From Endomicrobiales bacterium (lineage in GTDB: Bacteria; Elusimicrobiota; Endomicrobiia; Endomicrobiales; JALOBY01), in assembly GCA_963796955.1 (NCBI GenBank), contig CAWCNJ010000006.1, positions 64,001-128,000 of the forward strand: 64,000 nt of DNA. The letters are read 5' to 3'. Positions within the stretch are counted from its first letter, which is position 1, and every line of letters starts with the position of its first letter. Under the pieces are notes generated by a model. That model did not search any database, was not told the DNA's origin, and worked only from the letters and a program-made list of their open reading frames with translations. This document shows positions 49,801-63,200 of this stretch, piece by piece. The position numbers were made by a program, and so were the translations under genes.

Positions 49801-50923
49801 CTACATGGGTGTGGGCGCGCCCCCCGCTGCGATAACTAACCTTACCGCTCTGAAAGGTTCATCCGGCGGAGAAATTAAATTAAGCTGGAGCTCGCCCGGC
49901 GCCGACGGCACAGCAAATAATATTATTAACGGCGCCTTTAAAATACGCTATTCCACATACACAACGGGTTCTGCAAATTTCTGGACGGATGCAGCATCCA
50001 ACTGGGTAGATCAAACCAATAAATATCAGATTACAATACCTACTAATTCCATACCAGGCGTAACGCAATCAGCCACGCTTGTCGGCCTTACACCGGGCGG
50101 AACGTATTACGTGCGCGCCTGGGCACGGGATGAAGTTGGCGTAGACAGCACCAGCTGGAACGGCAACTGGTCTGCATTGTCTAACGCAGCTACAGCCTAT
50201 TCGATGTCGGCAACAACGCCGCAGGTGATAAGCGATCTTGTGGCTACCAACAATAGCGCGCTCAGCGCGATAACCTTAACCTGGACAGCTCCGGGAAGCA
50301 ACGGGCAGACCGGCGACCTGAACGCCGGCTCGGCATTTAAGATAGAATACTCGACGGTAAATGTTATCAATACAAACAACTTTGCCGTTATGCAGGCCAC
50401 CATGGCAATACAGGGCGTAACAATTTCAACGGTTACAACGGCAATGAGCAGGCAGACCTATAATATAGGCGGACTTACAAACAACAAAAAGTACTGGTTC
50501 GCTATAGAGACGGAAAACTCCGGCGGTGTATGGTCAGCGTGGTATTCCTCGGCTCCCGAAGACGGTCATACTACCTACAACGTACTCGCAAGCACGGTTT
50601 GCTCATTCACCAATACCCCGCCGACCATATCCGCACTGGAACAACTGGATGGCTCACTGGTTTCCATGACCTCGTTTACATGGACCAACTCGGGAACCAT
50701 TATCTCATCATTTACTATTAGCGATGCTAATTACGGCCAGCTGGTGCATTATAACATTCAAATCACTTCTGTCGTTACAAATAATGGCGTCGATTGGACT
50801 AACATTTTTGCAAGTTCACGTTCAGCGTTAATAAGCCAGGGAACCGTATCCTACACCTGGCCGGCCTTGACTCCAAACGCCTTCTACGCATGGCGAGCAG
50901 GGCGGAGGATAGCTTCGGCCTGA
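43880..50923 (+). CDS. Giant FG-GAP/FN3 surface protein, 5' segment (start may be 43922 or 43979)
   Basis: Signal-like FAVIALLFFSIVSNA; three propellers of AWGD.NNDG.LDL repeats and FN3-like domains; last 7 codons out of register after 50899. Confidence 0.88.
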   Translation: MSVTLLRFTFFLFCMGPAMLGRSISRIVPFKSAMAAIIFAVIALLFFSIVSNAAPNAPSNLTQCSSTGLSLSSFTWTNSTLITSSFTLTTASVHYRIQVSTVTDANGAAVWNKGLFVDATSAALLPAGTTWYAWTPAIPAFYWWRVSCFDGSNVYSSTTSVLQSGGPAVVAWNTPFDPKYREPMPGDGIGGGGSSLAWGDFDGDGYQDLAILGNSNSSGDITKVFPGKSDGTFNAAVTLPSGQTFSSGGVAWGDFNNDGLLDLAIAGKNSTTGNGSVRVYRNTGGAFSATFVSPETVGYSFSNLAWGDYDNDGCLNLVVAGWTDSYAIVSRVYHNNGNAGFTVAYNNNFGVASTDVGSCAPSLQWLDVENDGDLDLAMAGNAGGTYSMSIYRNQNSTFAFGSAPVFEYDPVSAAAWGDFNNDGFMDFAGVDSNSRVAVFLNTGNFTFNTVSPIVLTSTINNFTNVAAGDVDNDGLSDVFVAGSTGTALYYNRNGSFVNQPTFPFWPLYGDESIALADYNADGALDAAFAGGDLFSADYLRVFNGKQANAAPVPPTISTVTFSYSATRSTFTVAWAPGYYDVGHSSNSVYYNVEVATYPTTLQSDNKRVVNSNKFVESWDFGSPNLGSYIRPAVSTNWAGVKGTQMVGYTIAPSTSNYLLNATTFYFRVQTIDSGLMRSVWSSEYACIASSYVVFTNHAPDAPANLVQLDGSFVSLSSFSWTNSGTIISSFTLTDQDAGTQVKYHLQITTVSDSGLATWTSGYFLNYTSPLLNQGTTTYTWPALAANKFYWWQVWTEDAGGLASTSTSTSLLSGGPAALAYKTVYDPNAMDVLPGWGVGYTKTELAWGDMDNDGYADLAIAGDGEFRVFKNNKDGTMDPNSIAVDPALGGLNTVSVKWGDFNNDGKLDLVEMGGWWYGTGYNLRVYYNNGAGGFDPNYEEPVPDWGLEGGCVAPGDYDNDGNLDIAVMGYDGSNAYFQVYRNNGDGTFDPDYIEPQPGWGTYAGTLAWGDYNNDGDLDIAVHGTDSYLRIFKNNGNGSFDPHPIELGTSGDWEALAWGDFNNDGNLDISGLDSSDWLYLYTNNGDGSFDDTRVTIDGVAGSNNNTLCVGDFDNDGYTDIAGSYGVGNYPYVDNRAYIYHNNSGAGTFAKSEILPGWGVSFGSLAFADFDNDNDLDLAVSGRENNCIDYATGGYRTCIYKNKEAQLGNPNTPPTAPTGLTALYAYDVNTSTLTLCWTPAASYYNIELSTFPTTLSGGNLQLATTGHYEMPWNFGSPNTGNYTRPPSKTWPGLSGTKAGQLYTVPDYDIEPGATYYFRAQAINASLIKGQWSSEFSICPQGAFSPNPPTGISQYKENGGAVYLSSYSWVQGSDIVVSSFTLTSPNAGMQVRYRIQITTVTLPNTAAADWGHGILVDYTSGLLTQGATNYHWQLPGSVSSLCWWRISCIDQNGYSSEPVPVLNDGGAAMVAYKTIFAPKALDVMPGWGVVYYKTGLAWGDMNNDGWQDLAAIGNNNFLLFKNKKDGTFDPITVDPAWSGAATSAALKWGDFNNDGNLDLVALGYTGAGNLRVYYNNGSGGFRSSYQEPIPGWGLYNGDIAPGDYNNDGNLDIAVIGTDGSNNYFRIFRNKGDGTFDPNPIEPQPGWGTYAGALAWADYNNDGDLDIAVKGIDSALRIYKNNGDGSFYSPMDLSSVAYGDWNAMAWDDYNNDGYLDLFCQDYNGLDLYQNKGDGTFNTSGVSVYNGASANTFAMCIGDFDNDGYADIADLGSINAHLYHNNGGSGSFTTSPLRPAWGVPNNVSIAFADFDNDNDLDLAVSGQDSTSQNLFCIFSNEEAQMGNANTAPVPPSGIQSQTAYNITKSTMIITWPPAQYDIGKSSCTLSYQVVIATCSMTLAADQKLIAAPGSFITTWAAEGDSFGNYNRPPVKIWGTDSTPRQGFGLCLSTASIKADTTYYYRVQTIDSCLARSTWSVEGMVYMGVGAPPAAITNLTALKGSSGGEIKLSWSSPGADGTANNIINGAFKIRYSTYTTGSANFWTDAASNWVDQTNKYQITIPTNSIPGVTQSATLVGLTPGGTYYVRAWARDEVGVDSTSWNGNWSALSNAATAYSMSATTPQVISDLVATNNSALSAITLTWTAPGSNGQTGDLNAGSAFKIEYSTVNVINTNNFAVMQATMAIQGVTISTVTTAMSRQTYNIGGLTNNKKYWFAIETENSGGVWSAWYSSAPEDGHTTYNVLASTVCSFTNTPPTISALEQLDGSLVSMTSFTWTNSGTIISSFTISDANYGQLVHYNIQITSVVTNNGVDWTNIFASSRSALISQGTVSYTWPALTPNAFYAWRAGRRIASA

Positions 50924-53900
50924 CTTCGTCAACTTCCACAGCACTGGTCTCCGGCGGCCTGGCGGTGCTGGCATATAAAACGCCTTTCGATTCAAGGTAC
51001 GTTGAGCCCACACCCGGCTGGGGTTGCGGACATTATGGATCGGCGCTTGCCTGGGGAGACCTTAACGATGACGGCTATCAGGACCTTGCAGTAAGCGGCA
51101 TCATTGGTACGACGCCCTATACCCGTATATATAAAAATAATAAAGACGGCACTTTTAGTGCATATTCCACCCTGCCCGGCGGTGTAGATGCCGGTTGTCC
51201 GGAACTACAGTTCAGCGACTTTAATAACGACGGAAAAATGGACCTTTTGGTTGCAGGCTGGCCAGGCAGCGATCCCGGTATAGAAAGAATTTATCTCGGT
51301 AACGGCGACGGAACGCTCAACCCGGCATACGTTGATGCAATGCCGGGGTTTGGACGGTATTGGGTCTCGGCTAAACTGGGCGATTATGACAATGACGGTA
51401 ACCTGGACATAGCAATAATGGGCGCCGATGATGCAGGGCCGGGGGTTTCAACCTTCAGGATATACCGTAATAACGGTAACGGTGCCTTTAGTCCAAATTA
51501 TATAGAACCTGAAACGGGCTGGGGTCTTTGCACGCAGGCGCCCGGCTGGAATTATGTCGGCGGCCGTCTGCTCTGGGGCGACTACGATAATGACGGCGAT
51601 CTTGACCTGGCCGTTTGCGGCGATGATGTTAACGATAATCAGTTAATGCGCGTATACCATAACAGCGGCAGCGGCAATCATTTTGGCCCGGCGCACGAGT
51701 TGCAGGTAAGCGATATAAACGATATCAGCTGGATAGATTATGATAACAACGGTTATCTGGATATAGCCGCCTTTTCTCAGGCAGCCCAAAAAACCCGGAT
51801 ATACCGCAATAACGGCAATGGCTCATTCAATACTACGCCGCTTGAGATCTTCCCGGGCATATCAATGCAGAATGTGGCGATCGCAGTCGGCGATTATGAC
51901 AATGACGGCAATTCCGATCTGTTCCTTACCGGTAACACCAATACGCAGGGTGATATAGCAGGCGTTTACCGTAACCGCGGTGACGGAACATTCGATCAGT
52001 CCATCGTCTCGCCGCTGCCGCTATGGGGCATAAACGGCTGTGGGTCGATCGCGTTGTCCGACTACAACAATGACGGCGGCCTGGATATGGCCGTTGACGG
52101 CTTCGGCTCAGGCGGCGATCTGAGCCTGCGCGTCTTCAAAAACATGGAAGCACAGCTGGGCAACGCAAACACCGCGCCCGTGCCGCCGGGTACGGCAAAC
52201 ATCAACTTTAATTACAGCGCGTCAAAGAGCACATTTACAATAACATGGCAGCCTTCGCAATATGACATAGGCCATTCGTCTAATTCTGTCTTCTTTAACG
52301 TGGAAGCCTCAACTTCGCCGACTACGCTTTCCACGGACAAAACGCGCATAACAGCCCCCGATCATTTTGTGGAACCCTGGAACTTCGGCAGCTCCAACCT
52401 GGGCAATTTCGTGCGCCCCGCGGTTTCCACTTCTTGGGCCGGAGTGACTGGCACATCAATGCATGGCTTTACCCTGGCGCCCTCGACAAACACTTGGTTG
52501 TTGAACACCACAACATTCTATTTCCGTATCCAAACAATAGATTCCGGCCTTATGCGCAGCACCTGGTCCGCCGAGTTTTCTTGCTTTGCATCTTCAACGT
52601 CGAACTTGGCGCCCAATGCTCCAACGAACCTTGCGCAGCTGGATGGGACGCATGTTTCGCTCTCATCCTTCGGCTGGACGAACTCGGGTACTATAATTTC
52701 ATCGTTCACCCTAACCGACCCAGACGACGGCCAGCAGGTGCGCTTTAACCTGCAGATAACTTCTGTTACCACTAACGGCGCGGCAGATTGGACAAGCATA
52801 TTCGCCAGCACGCGCTCCGCCCTGCTCAACCAGGGAACCACAACCTATAGTTGGCCGACGCTTAACCCGAATGCTTTCTACTGGTGGCGTGCCTGGACGG
52901 AAGATAGTTATGGTTTAACGTCGGCTACGTCAGCTGCGCTTGGAGTTAATGGAAGCAGTGGCACGGCTGTCCTTGCGTACGATACATTCTTCGATCCTCA
53001 TACGGTCCGGCTGGACCCGTCCGCCGGGACCGGATTGTGGGGTGGCAACATAATCAGCGGCGATTTTGATAATGACGGGTATCAGGATATCGCCACATGC
53101 GGAGCCAATGCTGTGGCATCTGCGGGGCATCTTGATGTCTTATTCTACGATCACGTCTCCGGCACATTCGGCAGCCCCGTAATTCAGGGCAATATGTGGG
53201 GCCATATTCAGACCGCGGATTTCAATAATGACGGATCGCTCGACATTGTGGCTATCGTTGAAGATTTCAATGACTATTCCAACAGGGTATACACGATAAA
53301 TAATCTCGGCGGGCGCGTGTTTGGTACGCCAACGGATATAAGCCCCGGGTTGTCGCCATCTATCACAAATGCCACCGTTGCCTGTGGAGATTACGATAAT
53401 GACGGCAGTCCTGATATCGCGGTTGCCGGCACTATAGGAGGCGGGGCTCACATGTACGCTTTGCATAATAACGGCAATGGCTCCTTCGACCCGACGCCCA
53501 GAGACATTCTATATCCCGGCAATGGCACGAGTGCTATTGGCGGATTAGCGTGGGGCGATTACAACAACGACGGCTATTTGGACCTACTGGCGACCGATAA
53601 CGGTTACAACTATTGTGTTTTCAAAAACAACAGCAATTGCACGTTCAACTACGTTTCCCTGAGCGCAGGCGCAGATCATTATGGGGCATGGGCAGATTAT
53701 GACAATGACGGTAACATAGACATAGTAATCTCGGGCGCTGTTGTGAGGAACAAAGGCGATGGCTCTGCGAATCCCTTCGATCCATCGCTCGTAGTTATTG
53801 ATCCCAATTGTTCTTTATATGCCGGAGATCTGGCCGTAGGCGATCTGAACAACGATGGCAACATAGATATGGCGATTTTTGGCGAATATAATTATCAGGC

Positions 53901-56900
53901 CAGCGATTGCCGCATGCAGGCATATTTAAACAAAGGCAATGGTAGTTTCGACCCTCAACAACATGCGTTTATGCCTGGTTTAGGCTTATACGATGGCGGC
54001 ATCACACTTGCAGATTTTGACGGGGATGGCGACCTGGATATGGCGGCGTGCGGCATGGATTCCAGTGGCAATCTCTTTTGTGGTCTCTTCACTTCAAAAT
54101 ATACACAGATGTTCAGCGCCAACACCGCGCCCGTGCCGCCCGCAATATCCAGTATGACGTTCGTCTACAGCGGCTACACGACGGCAAAAAGCACATTTAC
54201 CATAACCTGGCACCCGGCACAATACGATGTGGGCCATTCTTCCAACTCTGTTTACTTCAATGTTGAGGCGTCAACGTTCCCGACCACGCTTTCCACCGAT
54301 AGGCTGCGCCTGGCCACCACGGGCCACTATCAGGAGGCTTGGAACTTCGGCACACCCAACATGGGTAACTTCATTCGCCCATCGGTATCCACCAGCTGGG
54401 CCGGCGTAACCGGCACGCAGATGGTGGGCTACTTGTTCCAGCCATCAACCAGCGCATTTACGTTTAACACAACGTATTACTTCCGAGTACAGACCATAGA
54501 CAGTAGTCTTGCGCGCAGCACCTGGTCTGTGGAACAATCATACTATTGCGGCGACACCACGCCGCCCGCCGCTTTAACCAACCTTGCGGCGATAACCGGT
54601 TTCGGCCCTGGCACAATAAATCTTACATGGACCTCGCCGGGCGATGACGGCATAAGCGGCAACATAGTGGGTGGCGCTTACAAGATACGTTATTCCACTT
54701 ACACGCCGTCATCATGGAATGACGCGGCTTCAAACTGGACTGATTATCTAAATAAATACCAGATAACGATCGCCACAAATTCTACGCCCGGCGTAACGCA
54801 GTCGTACTTGTTAACGGGCCTGACGGGCGGTGTCACCTATTACGTCCGCGCCTGGACGCGCGACGAAGTGGGTGTAGACAGCACCAGCTGGAACGGCAAC
54901 TGGTCGGCGCTGTCGAATGGTGCGACATGCTGGGCGCAAATAAACCATGCGCCGAACGCCCCGACGAATCTAGCGCAACTTGATAGTTCACTGGTAAATC
55001 TTTCATCCTTCAGCTGGACGAACTCGGGCACTATAATTTCGTCGTTTACGATAACCGACCCCGACGCCGGCCAGCAGGTGAAATATCATATTCAGATAAC
55101 AACTGTTTCCAGCAGCGGCCTTGCCACGTGGACGAGCGGTTACTTCCTGAACTACACTTCGTCGCTGTTGAACCAGGGAACAACAACTTACACATGGTCC
55201 GCGCTTACGGCCGGCAACTTCTACTGGTGGAGGGTGTGGACTGAAGATGCAGGCGGCCTTACGTCGTCAACCTCAACATTGCTTGGTGTTAGCGGCAGCG
55301 GCGGCCCGGCGGTGTTGGCGTATAAAACTATGTTCGATCCTGTAGCGCTACAGCCGGATCCTGGGTTTAGTCCTAACGGCCAGGTTGATGTTAGCTCTGT
55401 GTGGGGCGATTTCGATAATGACGGATATCAGGACATTGCTGTAACAGGTAACAATTACACCGGGGAGGTTTTGTTCTATGACCATACCTCCGGCACATTC
55501 CCAGCTAAAACACAGATCGGGCAGTTAAGCGGACGCATACAGGCTGTAGATTACAATAACGATGGATCGCTTGATCTGGTGTTTGCGGGTTATGATAACA
55601 GCGTTTATGAGCAAAGATGCCGCGTTATTAAGAACCTTGGCGGCAAGGCATTCGCGGCGCCGGCTGATGTTGTGTCGGGCCTTACGGTAGGTAATTTTAT
55701 GATCGCCGCGGCAGATTACGATAACGACGGGTATGCCGATATCGCACTTTGCGGCGGCGGAACTGGTAACGCTTTGTTTGTTTATACCATTCACAACAAT
55801 GGCGATGCTACATTTGGCAACGTCGTGTTGTTAGACACCGGTGGTAACAGCTATTACGGTTATGTGCCAGTTGCCTGGGGCGACATTAATAACGATGGCT
55901 ACCTGGATCTGCTGGCGAACATGAGTAGTACCAGGGAACTATGCGTTTACAAAAATAATTGCAACGGTACGCTGAACCATACGCCGATAGTGCCCGTGCC
56001 GGCCATGTCATATAACAGCCAGGTTGCATTTGCGGATTTCAACAATGACGGCAACCTTGATATTGTGTTGACTGGTCAACCCGGGATTAATTTTATTAAG
56101 AACACCGGCAGCGGAAATAATCCGTTTGATCCTTCATATACCACAGTGGCAGGCAATGCCACCGGCGGCTATTTTGGGATTGGCGACCTTAACAATGATG
56201 GGTACCCCGATGTAATGCTTGAAGGCGAGAATAACTATCATAGTGACGACTTAAATTTCATGGCCTATTTAAATAAAAGCGGTAATTTCGATCAGGATTA
56301 CGTTGAAGTTGTCCCGGGCGGCGGTGTGGACAGAGGTAGTATAACTTTCGCAGATTTTGACGCTGACGGCGATCTGGATGTTCTCAGGCAGGGTATGGAC
56401 GCAAACAGTGTAACCTCGCTAAGTGTATTTAAATCTAAGTACGCCGATATGAATGGCGCAAATATTGCGCCAGTGCCGCCCTCCGGCCTTGCCTGCCAGC
56501 CGGTTTACGCAACAACGGGTTCAACCGTAACGGTAACCTGGCCTGTTGCGCAGTATGATGCCGGCATCTCTTCGTGCGCGTTGTCTTTTCAGGTTGTTAT
56601 ATCCTCCGTTCCAATGACGTTGGATACCTCTAAAAAACTTGTAACAGCGCCAGGAGCATTTCTAAACAGCTGGACCTCGGAAGGCGATGGCTACGGAAGT
56701 TTTAACCGGCCAGCTGTAAAAGCCTGGGGCCTGGAACCAGCCGTTAAGTTTGGTTACCAGATGCGTATTAGCACAACGCAAATTGCTGTGGCAACAACCT
56801 ATTATTACCGCGTGCAAACTATAGATTCCAGCCTGGCACGAAGCACCTGGTCTGCTGAAAGTATCATATACTTTGTGGCCAACAGTTCGCCGGCGGCTAT

Positions 56901-57230
56901 TACCAATCTTTCTGCGTTAACAGGCAATTCAGCCGGTGAGATAAGCTTAAGCTGGGCATCTCCCGGAGCAGATGGAGCCATGAACGATATTTACGGCGGG
57001 GCGTTCAAGATACGTTATTCCACCTATACCACGGCCTCCGCCGGTTTCTGGTTGGACGCGGCCTCTAACTGGACGGACCAGGCCAACAAGTATCAGGTGA
57101 CCATTAACACTAATACTACGCCAGGCGCAATCCAATACTATACACTTGTTGGACTGTTGCCGGGTGTGACATATTATGTGCGTACCTGGACGCGCGATGA
57201 AGTCGGCGTAGACAGCACCAGCTGGAACGG
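50141..57230 (+). repeat. Intragenic exact 23-bp repeat, three copies
   Basis: GTAGACAGCACCAGCTGGAACGG at 50141, 54874 and 57208 (DEVGVDSTSWNGNWS motif). Confidence 0.85.
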
Positions 57231-60200
57231 TAACTGGTCTACTCTATCTAATGGCGCGACGGCCTGGGCTATGACAACAACAATGCCTGCCGGTATTACC
57301 GACCTTGTGGCCACAAACAATAGTGCGCTCAGCACCGTTTTGCTAACATGGACGGCCCCGGGCGGTAACGGCCAGACGGCAGGCCTTCTAAGCGGTTCTG
57401 CTTTTAAGATAGCGTATTCCACCGTAAATGTGATATCCGCTGATAACTTTAACGTCTTGCCTTCGACCATGGCAATACAAACCATAACTATCTCAACGGT
57501 TGCCGCGGCCATGAGCCCGCAAAGCTATAATGTTGGCGGCCTTGTAAACAACACCAAATATTGGTTTGCCATAAAGACCATGAACTCGGTCGGAAATTGG
57601 TCTGTCTGGCAGTCGTCGGCAGATGTTGCCGCCGATAACACACTTGCCAGCACGGTGTGTTCTTACGCTAATGTTGCCCCTACTATATCCAGCCTGCAAA
57701 CGTTAAACGGTTCGTTCATTCCCATCAACTGGACAAACGCCGGCACCGTAATTTCATCGTTTACCATAAGCGATGCTAATGTTGGCCAGCTGGTAAGGTA
57801 CAACGTCCAGATAACATCGCTCACGACGAATGGGGCGGCGGACTGGTCAGGTATATTTGTCAGCACCCGCTCAGCTTTAGTCAACCAGGGCGTTGAAACC
57901 TTTACCTGGCCCGCTCTTAATTCCAATGCCACCTTCTACTGGTGGCGCGCCTGGGCGGAAGACATAAATGGGGCAGTATCTTCCACCACAACGGTTTCAG
58001 TTAGCGGCGACAAGGCCTTGGTGGCGAACAGGTCTATGTTTGATCCTGGTTACATCGCCCTTGACGCCGGCACACCGGCACCGGATTATGGAAAAACAGT
58101 CACTTTTGGTGATTTTAACGGCGACGGGTACCAGGACATAGCGACAGCGGGCTATCGCGATGCCGGCGGGTATACAGACATTACAAGAGTATTTCTAAAT
58201 AACGGCACGGGTGACGGTACTTTTAACGCGTCGTATATTACGCCGCCGCTACAAGCAGGCAATACCAGAAATATAATGAGATGGGGCGACTTCAATAATG
58301 ACGGTAATCTGGACCTGGTGCTTGGCGGATTCAACAAGCGCCTTGCTATTTGCCAGAACAACGGGGCCGGCGACTTTAACAACCCGCCGATCTACCTTGA
58401 TCCTGATGCCAGTTTCTGGTGTTGCAACGGTGCAGGTGCCGTTGGTGATGTGGATAATGACGGCCAGCTGGACATAGTGGTAAGTGGAAATACCAATACT
58501 TCCGTCCTGATGCGTATATACCGCAATAATGGCGACGGCACATTTACGCAAAGCGAGCCTCAGGCCGGGTGGGGTACCAATACAGGCGCATTGTCGTTGG
58601 TGGATGTTGATAATAACGGCAGTTTGGATATCGCGATGGGTGGTATTGACACCAACAGCGCTCCAGCATTCCGCATTTACAGGAATAACGGCAATGGAAC
58701 CTATACATCTTACATTACGCCGGAAACTATCGATACGCCGTTTACAAGCATTTATACTGCCTGGGCAGATTTTGACAACGATGGCTTGCTGGATTGCGCT
58801 TTGGAAGGCGATGGCGTAGTGCGGCAGTACCATAATAACGGCAACAACACTTTTACCAGGTCGTCAATAACAAGCGATGTGTATTATAACGGCGCTATTG
58901 ATGCCGCTGATCTTAACAGCGATGGTTTTGTTGATGTTATCGTTACCGGCCGTGACGCCGGCTTTATAAGAGACCTGAAGACCTATCTAAACAATGGTAA
59001 CGGAACATTTGCCGCAGGCGATAGTATTCTGCCCGGTTGGGGCGTAGGCGGCACAAATTATTATGATAACGGCAGTATGGAAGCTGCCGATACGAACAAC
59101 GACGGTTTTCCCGACCTGGCAGCATATGGAGAAGACACCGCTCATACCGTATCATTGCGCGTATTTACCAACAAAGAAGCTGCTTTAGGCAATACGAACA
59201 CGGCTCCCGTGCCGCCTGGAATTTCCAATATGACGTTTACCTACAGCGCCTCAAGAAGCACATTTACCGTAACGTGGCAGCCGTCTCGGTATGATGTGGG
59301 CCATTCCTCCAACTCGGTTTATTATAATGTGGAAGTTTCCACTTATCCCACAACACTGCGATCAGACAAAAAGCGCATCGTAAATTCAAACAAGTTCGTA
59401 GAAACCTGGGATTTTGGCAGCCCGAATCTGGGTAGTTTCATCCGCCCGTCTGTTTCCACCAGCTGGGCAGGCGTTAGCGGTACATCGATGGTGGGTTATA
59501 CGATCGCACCCTCAACAAACAATTACCTGTTGAACGCCACCACCTTCTATTTCCGCATTCAGACAATAGATTCCGGATTAATGCGCAGTACCTGGTCGGC
59601 GGAGTTCTCATGCCTTGCTTCAACGAACATTGCACCTGCTGGTCCTGCAGGCATAACGGATCTTTATGCAGCAAACAACGCCGGCATCAGCGGCATTTCG
59701 CTGACTTGGACAGCCTCCGGCGACGCTGGCCAAAGCGGCAACCTTACCAGCGGCTCGGCTTTCAAGATAGAATATTCGACAGTAGGAATAATTACCACCG
59801 GCAATTTCGATACGCCGCCTGCAAACCTTGCCGTGACAACGATCAATATCTCTACAACGACAACGGCACAAAGCCGCCAGAGCTGGAGCCTGCCCGGGCT
59901 GCTTAATAACACCACCTACTGGTTCGCGATTAAGACAGAAAACAGCGAAGGCCAGTGGTCAACGTGGCAGTCATCAGCTGATGTGGCGGCTTACAATTTA
60001 TTCTCAAGCACTGTTTGCCTCTATTCGAATGTTGCACCCGATGCGCCCGCAAATCTTGTTCAGATAGATGGCACACTGGGCAATGTATCTTCATTTACCT
60101 GGACAAGTTCCGGCAACATTGTTTCGTCGTTCACGATAACCGATCCAAATGGCGGCCAGCAGGTGCGCTACCACATACAGGTTTCAACGGTTTCGGATTT

Positions 60201-63200
60201 TGTGTCTGGCCTTGCCACGTGGACTAGCGGCTACTTCCTTAACTACACATCGTCATATTTGAACCAGGGAACAACGACATATGCATGGCCTGCCCTTACA
60301 GCCGGTAAATTCTACTGGTGGCGCGCGTGGGTGGAAGATGCTTATGGCCTTGCATCATCCACTTCTTCGGTGCTCTTAAGCGGCGGCACCGCGGCATTCG
60401 CTTACAAGACCTCATTTGATCCGCAGGGCAGCAATCCAATACCATGGACGGCGAACGCGTCAGCCAATGGCCAATTTACCTTTGGAGATTATAACAACGA
60501 CGGTTACCCTGACCTTGCAATATGGGGCGACGACCCTACGGCGAAACTGCACGTTTACAACAATTTGGGCGGTGGATCTTTTAACGCGACACCGGTGCAG
60601 CCAGCTTCCGGCTTTGGCGTCGATCACACTTCAAATGACGCTTGCAGCTGGGGAGATTTCAACAACGATGGTTACCTGGACCTTGCGGTTTCGGGCTGGG
60701 GCAGTGGGTCAGCATACACCTGTGAAGTTTTCAAAAATAACGGAAGCGGGGGTTTTGCAGCGACACCGATATTGCCAATAACCGGCTGGGGCGTTGCGTA
60801 TAGCCCATCTGTCGCCTGGGGCGATATTAATAATGACGGCAATCTGGATCTTGCTGTTATGGGTGGTTATAATGCTGTCAACTTCCTTCGTATCTTCAAG
60901 AACAAAGGAGATGGAACTTTTGACACGAATTATATTGAGCCAACCCCCGGCTGGTCGCCAAAATCGGGTTATATAAACGGAAGCCTTACTTTTGCCGACA
61001 TCAACAACGATGGAGCCATGGACCTTATTGTGGGCGTAGATGCTCCGGGCACGGAAGGAAGGGTTTACCTGAACAAGGGAGACGGCACCTTTAACCCGGC
61101 TTACGTATCGATAGACGCTGCCAAGACGGTCTGCGGTGATCTTGACAATGATGGATGGATAGATCTGGCTATGTCGGAATACAATAATATCAGGATCTAC
61201 ACCAACAACCACAGTGGCGGTTTTACCACAAGCACTTTGCCAAACTCAAACTATAATGACGGGATCCTTGCCTGCGGCGATTTTGACGGTGATGGTTTCC
61301 TGGATTTAGCGGCGGCGGGGCAGGTTCTTAACAATAATGCCAATTCTGCTTCATTGAAGATAATACGCAATAACGGCGCTGGAAGCTATGCGGCGGCTGT
61401 GGATGTTTTCCCGGGCTGGGGCCTGTTTAGCTCCTGCATAGGTGCCATCGATTACGAAAACGATGGAGACCTGGATATAGCCGTTTGCGGCACCGACAGG
61501 AACAACAGCAGCAATGTTTTCAGGATATTAAAAAACACACAAGCGCAGATGTCCAACGCCAATGTGGCGCCCACTCCGCCCGCAGGCATAACGGCTTTGT
61601 CTTCTTACGACCTTAATATCGCGTCCATAACCCTATGCTGGACGCCCGCGCAATATGATGTAAGCCATTCGTCTAACTCCATTTATTATAACGTGGAGAT
61701 GTCCACATTCCCTACAACGCTTTCCGGTGATAATCTGCGCCTGGCAACCAACGGCCGCTACACTTTGCCCTGGGACTTTGGCAACCAAACCCTTGGCTCA
61801 TACGTCCGCCCGCCGGTAAAACAGTGGCCGGGTTCGTCTCAGCCAACACACGGAACTGCCTTTAATGTTTCACTTGCCGCTTTAGGCGCGAACCCTACAT
61901 ATTATTACCGCGTTCAGACCATTGACAGCGGCCTTATGCGCAGCACCTGGTCGGCGGAATACCAAGTTTGTATTCCCGCGCCCTCTGCCCCCAATGCGCC
62001 CACAGGTTTAACGCAGTATATTGTCGGTGGCTCCACGCTTGTAACGTTTGGCTGGGCTGGCAAGACGGGCGATGTTGTAGCTTCGTCATTTACCATAACT
62101 GACCCTAACGGAAGCACGCAGGTTAAATACCATATTCAGATAACCTCCGTAACGCCGCAAAATTCGCCTCTTTGGAGCCAGGGTTTGTTCGTGGATTATA
62201 CTTCCGGCTGGCTTACTCAGGGCTCAACAACCTATTCCTGGCCGGCACCGCCCAATGGCGGCAGGTACTGGTGGCGTGTATACGCGATAAACCAGAGCAG
62301 CGTGGCATCCTCCGCCGCGACACTGCTTCTCGATGGTTCGAACCCAGTAATATCTTTAAAAACGGACATAGACCCGATAGGCGCCGACATTGTGCCCGGC
62401 CTTGGGGTTACAGACGGTTCTTTAGAGCTTGGTGATTTTGATAACAACGGAACGCTTGACCTTGCGGTTATCGGTTGGAACGGCACCGGCCAGATATGCC
62501 GCGTATATAAAAATAACGGGGACGGGACATTTAACCAGACACCGGTTTCACCGATCACAGGCTTTGGCGCCGAACGCGGCCAGGCCGCCTGGGGAGATTT
62601 CAACAATGACGGCTATTTGGATCTCGCCGTTTGCGGCAATGGCTCCACCCGGTCGTGTTATGTTTTCCGCAACAAAGGGAACAGCACGTTTGACTCTACA
62701 CCCATACAGCCACAAACAGGCTTCACAGCAAGATGGGCCGCTATAGCCTGGGGCGATTTCAATGGCGACGGTTACCTTGACCTTGCCGTAACCGGCAGGG
62801 ATGACTCGAACAATTACAAGTTCTATACATTTAATAATTTTGGCAACGGCAGCTTTAATCAAACGCCTGTAGAGCCCGATCCAGGCTGGGGCGTTGGCAA
62901 CTACCAATCAGGCCTGGCCTGCGCGGATTACGATAACAATGGCACCCTGGACCTTGCAATTACGGGACTGGCTCAAAATGGTAGCGGTTATGCGCGAATT
63001 TACAAGGGTTATGGCAATGGAACATTCAATCCTGCGTTCGTAAATCCCGACGTAAACAGCGATACGTTCCTTGGCACGAACGCATTCGCAGATTATAACA
63101 ATGACGGTAATCTGGATCTGGCGATAGCTGCCGGCACATTCAGGATAGATACAAACAAAGGCGACGGCACTTTTAACGCTACTCCAGTTATGCCTGAAGG

